From Eledone cirrhosa (lineage: Eukaryota): a stretch of DNA of 64,000 bases. This document shows positions 55,128 to 64,000 of this stretch, one piece after another. Each line of letters begins with the position of its first letter. The first letter of the stretch is position 1. Where the stretch lies: contig OZ024742.1 of the NCBI GenBank assembly GCA_964016885.1, positions 197,160,001 through 197,224,000 of the forward strand. The letters run 5' to 3'. Position numbers and translations under genes: made by a program. The notes below the pieces were generated by a model that worked only from the letters and a program-made list of their open reading frames with translations, searched no databases and was not told the origin of the DNA.

Positions 55128-58100
55128 CGGCCGGACTTCTTCCATCGTCTGGAGACTTTTCTAGGGACTTTTCAAGGACTTTCTAGCTCCTTGCTGTTAG
55201 TGTGGGATTGGAATGGTATCCTAGATGCACGTTGGGACTACGTAAGGGCCTGTCCCGATAGAGAGAGGCGTAACAGCCTCAAAGGGTTAATCGGCCGATT
55301 TGACCTGGCCGATAGATATCGACTAGATTTTCCGACTGCGCCAACCTGGACTTGGGCAAACCGCAGCGTTAGATAGGTTCTTAGTTAGAAATAAGGATAA
55401 GGACTTTTTAAGTTGTCCAAAAATGCTCATGGTTGTCTATTCAGACCACAAGTTAGTGACCTTAAGGAGCGGTTGACGGGCGCCATCGTCAACAGCAGGT
55501 GGTGGGGATTTCTCAAAAGAGAGATTAGAGTAGTCTCTATAGAATTTAGTAATGAGTTTAGCCTCAAATAGAATTAGGAAGGAAAGGGAGTTGGTAGATA
55601 GTGTAGAAGAGGCAATTAGAAGCGGCGACGTAGCCAGAGTGTTAGCGTCGAGAACGGCCCTGGGCCAGTTCTTCGACGTGAAACACGAAGGCTGCATCGT
55701 CCGAAGCAAATTACATGCTCTGGGAAACGAGGGGACCAAAGCTGTTAGCTGGGCCCGCGTGACAGAAGCCAAAAGAAGGACTAGATCCACTATCCGGTCT
55801 TTGCGAGACCAGGATGGACGGGTGATCCTTGAACATAAGCAGATGTGCGAGGCTTTTCAAAAGCACTTTGCCAGATTGTTCGGAAGGGGCGGGGAGCCGG
55901 TTGGGGAAGTGGACTTCGGTCCATACCTCGACGGCCTGCCGCGTCTCTCGGACAAGGAGGCGAAGTCCTGCGAGGAGCCGATTTCAGCCGCTGAGATAGA
56001 AGACATGCTGAACCAATGCGGCAAACGCAAATCTCCGGGTTTCGATGGTCTTCCATACGGACTATATCTAGCTATGCCGGACTTCTTCTCCGATCTCCTC
56101 GAGGCGGTCTACTGTAACTGGCAACAGAATGGGAGAATTCCCTGTGCTGTGACCAAGGGCGTAGTCACGCTAGTGAGGAAGGACGAGAACAAGGGGGACG
56201 ATATAAATAATTTGAGGCCCATAACACTGCTAAATACAGTGTTACAGATTTTGGTCAAGGTGCTAGCACAGAGGTTGACGCTTGTCGTGGGCAACATGGT
56301 GGGAGATGCGCAGACATGTGCTATCCCGTCCAGGTCCATCCACGACAACCTCCACCTCATGCGATACATCATAGAGAGGGTTGGGAACGAACCCGGCTTT
56401 GGTGGGGCCCTGATCAACTTGGATCAATCTAAGGCTTTCGATAGGGTCGACCATGGTTACCTGGATGCGGTGCTAGCGGCGGCAGGCTTCGGACCCGTTT
56501 TCCCCTGGATCACTGCCATGCACAGCAGCTGCATCTGCACTAGGGTCAAGGTGAACGGCTACCTGTCGGAGCCGTTCGAAATCGCGCGGTCCATCCGACA
56601 AGGGTGCCCTCTCTCCTCCCTTTTGTATGTGATGACTCTAGAGCCACTGCTGCAGAAGTTGGAGTTGTTTCAGGGCATCCCGTTGGAACCGGGATTGCGG
56701 AAAGCGGTGTCGGCCTACGCCGATGACGTAACAATAATGGTGTCGACGGCCTCGGAAATCGGGTCGATCGGCACCTTACTGGAGGAGTAAGAAAGGTTTA
56801 CAGGGGCTAAGCTGAACCGGGACAAGTCGATCGGTCTGCAACTCGGCACGTGGAGGGGCAGATCGTTGCCCTCCGATGGCGTCGTCGGGCGCTGGACGGA
56901 GAGCCCGGTTAAGTTGCTCGGGGTCTGGTTCGTACCAGACCTCCAGGTGGAGAAGAACTGGGGTGAGGTAACGAACAGGGTGTTTGCACTGACCCAGAAG
57001 TGGGCCGAGTACAAACTGTCCCTGAAAGGTCGGGCGGAGGTGGCGAACACTTTAATAGCGTCCGGTATCTACTATCGCCTGACCGTCGTGCCTTGCCCAA
57101 GGGAAACGCTCGCCAAAATGGAGCGCGCACTCTTCTAATTAATTTGGAAGAAGCGGGCTCCTATGGTGAGGAGATCCATCTGCTGTCAACACCCTTCGAA
57201 AGGAGGGCTGGGAATGCCGTGGCTGATATGCGTAAACACGCCTCCAGGTATTCCTCACCGGTCAACCTGTGTGGGCCCCGTTTGTGAGGTGAGCCTTTCC
57301 CAGACTCGTCTCGCTCACCGAGCTGCAATCCTGGGTCAAGCAAAGACCGAGAAAACTGGGCGCCTGGCACACCGAGTGTGCCCAGGCGCTCACGGCTCTC
57401 TGGCAGACGGACCCGGCTGTCAGGGGAGAATCCACCTCGTCATTCTATAGAGGGCTGGTGGTTAGCAGATGCGACGACGCCCTCGGAGAAGCCCTAGGCA
57501 TGGAGGAAAACGAACTGGCCAACCTGTTCGGTAGGACATTCAGCCCGAGACCTATGGATAACTTCCAGAGGTCCCTGGCCTGGCAGTGCTACCGAGGGGC
57601 TCTGCCCGTTCGAGAAAGTCTCTACAGACCCGGGCGCCCGGGTAGGGACCTCTCGAAAAAGATCTCTCCCAGATGCGTGTGCGACGAGGAAACCTTATCA
57701 CACGCATTAGTACACTGCTCAGGCATTGCCAATCTGTTGGGCTATGTCGAACAACTGCTGTCAAGGGTGGGACCGATCCGATTGACCACCGAGTCTATTG
57801 TAACGATCAAGCCGCCTCCCCTCTTCAAAAACGAAGGAGAGGCGGTGTTTCTGTGCGTAATAGCCATTGTGAAAGAGGTTGTATGGTGGACGCGTCTGAA
57901 AGGACTGAGGTCAGACACCTTTCTCTCTGGCCAACAACTGGTCCGTTTCTTCCGATATCATTTCGGAAGAAGGATCAGGATGGAGAGAGAGGTGCTGCAC
58001 CCCAGCCGTTTTTATGAAAGATGGGTGAAAGTGGCGAGAATGGCCCGTGTGAAAGATCAAGGGAGCACCCTCTCTCTGTGCTCCTGAGGAGAAGGGTTGC

Positions 58101-58303
58101 ACACTTTTTTTGTGGGTGTGTGCGACCCCCCAAGGCGCCTCCTCCTTATTGAGGATTTTGTTATTCAATTTATTATTGTTATATTTTATATTTTTATATT
58201 TTGTTATTGCCTCCTCCTTATTGAGGACGCCTTTTTATGTAAACTCCCCCCATTGTACTTGACCCACTCTTTGACTCCCTGGTGGCAAATAAAAAGAAAG
58301 TTA
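55128..58303 (+). mobile_element. Tx1/L1-clade LINE ORF2, 5'-truncated and disrupted
   Basis: APE remnants (WDWN, SDH), RT motifs KSPGFDG, RPITLLN, LDQSKAFDRVDH, QGCPLS and YADD, then GGLG and a C-terminal ETLSHALVHC zinc motif. Several stops and frameshifts. Confidence 0.92.
55552..56790 (+). pseudogene. Reverse transcriptase domain of the Tx1-type LINE
   Basis: 412-aa ORF-track entry with canonical non-LTR RT motifs, ending at a premature stop. Confidence 0.9.
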
Positions 58304-58333
58304 TCTATCTATCTATATCTATCTATCTATCTA

Positions 58334-58448
<115 letters not shown>

Positions 58449-59040
58449 ATATTGCTTCCCCCTGCATATTAACTCTCTATGTATATATTGCATCTCCCTG
58501 CATATTAACTCTCTAAAAAGGGAAATCATATCAAACCACGGTCCACCATTTGCTTCCTTCACGGAACCATGGTTCAACTAAACACTCTTGCGATATTAAC
58601 ACATTTTGAACTGCTTAATTTCAATAACTGTGCTTGTAAATAACTTTAACTTTTCTTCCACATTGACTTTTTACGTTCCACATTATGCTCGTTTTTTTTT
58701 CCTTTTTCTTTTTTCTTTCCACTTCTTAAACCTTGTTTATATATAACATTATTCTTTCTGCACCTTCTGTTTAACATGTGCGACACCACACTAATACATT
58801 TCACGATCATTTGATAATGCATATAAATGCAGAAACCGGTAATAGACAATAATTAAATATATAAATACATAAATAAATGCCATTGTTAAATAATAAATAA
58901 ATCAACTAATACCTTAACACTTAACACAAAGTAAAACATTTCGTTTTAATCATTTTCTAACCCAGAAAAGAGAGAGAGAGGCACAAAAAAACTGAAAAAA
59001 AATTATTTTTTCTTCCTCATAATCGTCTCTTTTTCCCTAT

Positions 59041-59080
<40 letters not shown>

Positions 59081-59194
59081 TATATATAAATATATAACTA
59101 ATTAACTAATACGTGTAGACATTTTCTTATCTCCTTTGAGACGGCTAATCTAATTGCACCTGCAACATATATAATCCATTATTAACATACCCAA

Positions 59195-59385
59195 ATAATT
59201 GTTTCTACTTTAGGCACAAGGCCAGCAATTACCCAGTGCATTACTGGTACTTTATTTTATCGACCCCGTAAGGATGAAAGGCAAAGTCAACCTCGGCAGG
59301 ATTTGACCTCAGATCGTAAAGGGACGTAACTATGCTGGAAAGCATGGCGTCCGACCCTCTACCGATACTGCCAATCTACCGCCCT
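59195..59385 (-). mobile_element. SINE family A with TSD
   Basis: Direct repeat acatacccaaataat on both sides. Confidence 0.85.
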
Positions 59386-59992
59386 TGACATACCCAAATA
59401 ATAAACAAACATCACCTACGACTAAAACAATCACCAGTATTTTCACTTAATTCATTTGTTGACGGCTAAATCTCTCTTTCTTGTGACTTGTGTAAACTCC
59501 AGACTCCACAGTCCCCGGCTGGAACCAAACAAAGGGTCCTTTATATGGTTATTTATTCTCTCACATATAGCAGCCAAATATCCTTTAAATCACACCCGGC
59601 TGTCTTAAATAATCAAACGGTACATTATATAATGTAGACAGAAAAATGACTACGAGTGATAATAGATTTTTTTTCGACGAAGATTGATATGGAGTTGACA
59701 TTAATATAATTCTTCTGGAGACGATGAAATATAGTACCAGTTAAGTACTGGGGCTGATATAATCGACATTTTCCCTCCACCGTATTGCTGGCCTTGTGTC
59801 AATGTTAGAAAAAATTATTAGGGTGGCGAATTGGCAGAATCGTTCGAGTGTTGGATTTGTGGTATTTCGTTAAGACTTTTTACGGGTCGATAAATGTAGA
59901 AACTATTATTATTAAGGGCGGTGGATTGGCAGTATTGGTAGAGCGTCGGACAACATGCTTTGTGGGATATAGTTACGTCTCTTTACGTTCTA

Positions 59993-60360
59993 GAGCAGCT
60001 TTCAACAAGAGTCTTCTATCATTCGACGGCTAAGATCTTCGATACTTACATCCTACAGTATCTGTATCAGTGAGCTGTTCAACATTACCAAACTTAGACC
60101 AATTACATCAATTGTCAAGTCAAGAGTACTCAAACTATACGGTCATATAAAAAAAATCAACTGGTGGTGTGAGTAGGTTATACCTGAAGGAAGGTTGGCT
60201 GGTAAGAGAACCAGTGGCCGGCAGCCAAAATGATGGTTTGATAATGTCAACTTATGGACTGACTTGATCTTTGCTCTTTAAACTCTGCTGCTGGAGATCG
60301 AACTTTGTGGAGAAAAATATCTCATGTTGATGCACAGTCTGCAACTGGTGGAGTTTAGCG
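59993..60360 (+). mobile_element. Degenerate RTE 3' fragment
   Basis: Translates KLYGHIK..EGRLAGKRTSGRQPK*WFDNV..AGDRTLWRK. Confidence 0.6.
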
Positions 60361-60663
60361 AAGAAGAGAGAGACGTTGTGAGTTCTAATCCTGTCAAGGT
60401 TAGCTTTGCCTTTCATCCTTATGGAATCGATACAATAAAGCACCACTAACGCATTGGAATCAATTTAATCGACTTCCCCCTCTCCTTCAAATTGCTAAAA
60501 CTAGAAACGGTTATTAACAAATACTTAAATCATAGAAATAACCGTAATTCACATTGTGTTAGATTTGATTATTAAAAAAGATATAGATTTGAGGATTCTT
60601 TGAACGTTTTTGATCTTTTACTCAACCTCCGATAACAGATTGGAAGTCATCTCATGAGAAACT

Positions 60664-60990
60664 ACGAGGGTATGCTGAAAAGTTCATAGGCTGACTGACT
60701 ATGAAGGACTGATGCTAATGCTCCTTAAGTCAACAGATTAGTTTTACATGAATCTTTACTGGAAGGTTCTGTGTGTTAACAAACGAGGGTCGGCTGAAAA
60801 CTCCATAAACTGACTATGAAGAGTTAATTGCTAGAGCTGAGAAACCTTGCATGCAATGATTTTTAACTCTTCTTATTAATAACTGTATTGTTTCTTTTCA
60901 GAGACATCCATGGATTATGTTGAAAATAAACCACATTTGGTCATTCCATGAGAGAATCTTGATCAGCCTATGAACTTTTCAGTATTTCTA
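60664..60990. mobile_element. Mariner-derived MITE remnants
   Basis: TACGAGGGTATGCTGAAAAGTTCATAGGCTGA and its inverted counterpart TCAGCCTATGAACTTTTCAG. Confidence 0.6.
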
Positions 60991-61184
60991 CTAAAATTCT
61001 TAAAATCATTATTATTTTCTTTATTAGTGTCTAGAATATGTGGTGAGGTAAATAAATATATACATATATATTAGGGCTGAACATAATGGATTCAAATTCC
61101 CATTGTCACTGCTTCTGTCTCTTTCGTTAAACCCTTCTCTCACCATTATAAGCAAATGTGGGCCCACACGCTGGCCGCTCCACG

Positions 61185-61185
<1 letters not shown>

Positions 61186-61228
<43 letters not shown>

Positions 61229-61351
61229 TGTTGTTGTGGTTGTTGTAGTAGTAATAGTAGCAGCAGTAGCAGCAGCAGTAGCAGTAGTAGTAGTAGCAGC
61301 AGCACTAGTAGTAGTAGCAGCAGCAGCAGCAGCAAGAGTAGTAGTAGTAGT

Positions 61352-61386
<35 letters not shown>

Positions 61387-61387
61387 T

Positions 61388-61419
<32 letters not shown>

Positions 61420-61544
61420 CAGCAACAGCAGCAGTAGTAGTAAGTAGTAGTAGTAGTAGTAGTTGTGGTTGTTGTAGTCGTAATAGTAGCAGCAGTAGCA
61501 GCAGTAGTAGTAGCAGTAATAGTAGCAATAGTAGTAGTAGTAGC

Positions 61545-61581
<37 letters not shown>

Positions 61582-61664
61582 ACAGAAACAGCAATAGTAG
61601 TAGCAGCAGCGGCAGCAGCAGCAGTAGTAGTAGTAGTAGTAGTAGTAGAAGTAGTAGTAGTAGT
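61186..61664. repeat. (TAG/CAG)n trinucleotide array
   Basis: Read directly from the sequence. Confidence 0.95.
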
Positions 61665-61697
61665 ATTTATGTTGCCTTTTCATTATTAGTTTTTCTA

Positions 61698-61840
61698 GCA
61701 TAGTTACGTCCCTTTACAGTCTGAGTTCAAATCCCGCCGAGGTTAACTTTGCCTTTCATCCTTACGGGGTCGATAAAATAAAGTACCAGTAATGTACTGG
61801 GTAATTGCTGGCCTTGTGCCTAAAGTAGAAACAATTATTA
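61698..61840 (+). mobile_element. 5'-truncated SINE A
   Basis: Homology to family A, with near-TSD attattagtttttct. Confidence 0.8.
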
Positions 61841-62165
61841 GTTTTTCTTATAGAAACAATTATTATTTTTTCTTATGCGTTCAAAATTAATTATCATAAT
61901 TTATTCAAGACTTGTTGTGTTAGTTGAATGTTGTTATCTGTGGTTTTTACAAGTAAATCTAATTATAATTAGATTAATTTAATGAAGAATGAGGTAGCAT
62001 AATTAGTAACTATGCCAGGTCGTACACTAAGTAGAAGTCAACATCTATTTAACATCTTTTAACTAGTTTAGCTTAATTTTATAAGCACGTTCATATCAGT
62101 CCTGTTTCCTTTTTTGTCAGGTCACTACTACAACTACTACTACTACTACTGCTGCTACTGCTAAA

Positions 62166-62213
<48 letters not shown>

Positions 62214-62817
62214 GCTGCTGCTGTTACTGCTGCTGCTACTACTTCTACTATTACTACTACTCCCACTGCTGCTGCTACTACTACTACTACTACTACTGCT
62301 GCTGCTGCTATTTCTACTACTACTACTACTACTACTACTGCTGTTGCTGCTCTGCTGCTGCTGCTGTTGTTGCGTAAATGCACCGTGCTTGTGCTTTGAC
62401 TGCGAACTTATGAACCGCGCAGTCAGCAAATCGACAGAAGAAGAATATAGCTTGTTTTGTTGTTGTTGTTCTTGTTGTTTACATTTTGAATTTGAAGTGT
62501 CTGCAAAGACAGCAATAAAGAAAGGAATTCAACCCCTAGAAGAAGATTAAAGTGCTTTAGATTTACTTAGATTTCGTTAGCTCTCTTTTACAAAAGAAAG
62601 GCAGATTCGAGAACGTCAACTAACTCTTACAATAGAAAGAATTTGCCAAACTACGCATGAAACTGGTTACAGATAAGATTTCATATGATACCAAACCCCA
62701 GAATTCCAATGACTATTACAGATAAATGCAGCAATATTTCACAATAGTCAATATGAAAACAATGTGACTACAGCAATACCATCTCCAACACTGCAACGTC
62801 AAAGATATTGATAAAGG

Positions 62818-62988
62818 AACGAAAATCATGGGCGGAGGTGGTGAGAGCTGACCTCAGATCGCTGAAGCAGACGGAGGCGTTGACGAAGGACCGTGACGAC
62901 TGGAGAGATGATGTGCTGAAAAGGACCCGTCCCACCCTTGCAAGCAAGGAAAAGCGGACGTAAAATGATGATGATGATGATGATGATG
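62818..62988 (+). mobile_element. RTE 3' end, same family as 1474-2326
   Basis: Translates RKSWAEVVRADLRSLK..TKDRDDWRD..KRTRPTLASKEKRT, with a (GAT)n tail. Confidence 0.8.
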
Positions 62989-63189
62989 AACCATTTAAAC
63001 CAGCAATATTAAAAGTCTGGGATAGATCTCGAGCAAGATGGTTGGATAACATTCATGAGCTTGGCTGGTCTCGCTTGGAGATCCAGCCGGATCAGTTAGA
63101 GGAAATTGCTTCTGCCAGGACCCACTGGAAGAAGTGTTTTGAGGACTCTTCCCCCCCACGACCCTCTCAGAAATAAATAGGCGAAGAAA

Positions 63190-63237
<48 letters not shown>

Positions 63238-63240
<3 letters not shown>

Positions 63241-64000
63241 TTTCATTTATTGGCCACAAGGGCCGACATATAGGGGACAATACAAAAGACTGGGACAGTG
63301 GGGTTTTACAGAAAAATCGAGTAAACAATATGAATAAACAAAGTAACAATAACAAAGTAACAATAAAGTAACAAGAAAATTACAAGAAAATATTCCCCAA
63401 TAGGGGGGATGACCACCTAGGGTTCGCTCAGGTACCCCACCAATCCTGAACGACCCGATGCTTCGAGAGAACCCTGGAAGGGCACCCCTCTCCTCTTCAA
63501 ATTTACCTACCTACAGCCGCACGACCAGAGTAGGCCCACTCACACGGGCCATTCTCGCCACATTCACCCACCTTTCAGCAAATGTACTGGGGGGGCAGCA
63601 CTTCTCTCTCCACCCTCACCTTCCTTTCCAAGTGAAACTTGAAAAAGTTGATGAGGGATTGGATTGGCCGAAGAGAAAAGTGTCTGTCTTCAGTCCTTTC
63701 AACCTCGTCCACCATACAACCTCTTTCGCTACTGCCACCAGACAGAGGAAATTTGCCTGCCCTTCCTGGCCAAAAAAAGGCGGCGGGTCGATCTTCACTA
63801 TGGACTCGGCCGATAGCCGGATCCGTTCTACACGCGACAACAGCTGTTCAACATAACACCACAAGTCAGTAATGCACGGACACTGGACGAGTGCGTGCAG
63901 AACGGTTTCGTCGCTCTGTGCGCATCTCGTGCAGGTCCGTCTGACAGCACTTCCGTGCCTGTAGAGTTTATCTCGAACCGGTAGTGCCCCCCGGTAGCAC
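63238..64000 (-). mobile_element. Second Tx1-type LINE family, 3' end (runs off the window)
   Basis: Translates YVEQLLSRVERIRLSAESIVKIDPPPFF..VAKEVVWWTRLKGLK, paralogous to 57458-58087. It ends against (ATT)n. Confidence 0.85.

Noticed and set aside
61024-61703. Poly-L/S/V/Y ORFs
   Set aside because: They are translations of a trinucleotide repeat.

Overview
Eukaryotic, AT-rich, extremely microsatellite-dense intronic or intergenic DNA. The mix of (TA)n, (CA)n, (TATG)n, (TAG)n and abundant tRNA-derived SINEs suggests an invertebrate, plausibly a cephalopod (inference only). No intact host gene, tRNA gene or CRISPR array was found, and almost all ORF-track entries are microsatellite translations. 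The window is a collection of mobile-element remnants: two tRNA-SINE families, a 5S rRNA-headed element, a 3.2-kb Tx1/L1-type LINE with two related 3' fragments, RTE, CR1/L2, CRE and R4/Dong fragments, a Penelope-like (PLE) GIY-YIG fragment, a non-autonomous Helitron, mariner/Tc1, pogo-like and hAT MITEs, and several minisatellites. The most interesting signal is a set of unrelated short fold-back (palindromic) elements in (TA)n tracts. Three of them, or their family members, carry readable minimal type I hammerhead-ribozyme motifs (54635-54681, 29405-29475, 17005-17057). There is also a 3-kb unit bounded by inverted repeats that contains a direct CRE-to-PLE fusion. All family assignments come from motifs read by eye; no database search or folding program was run.
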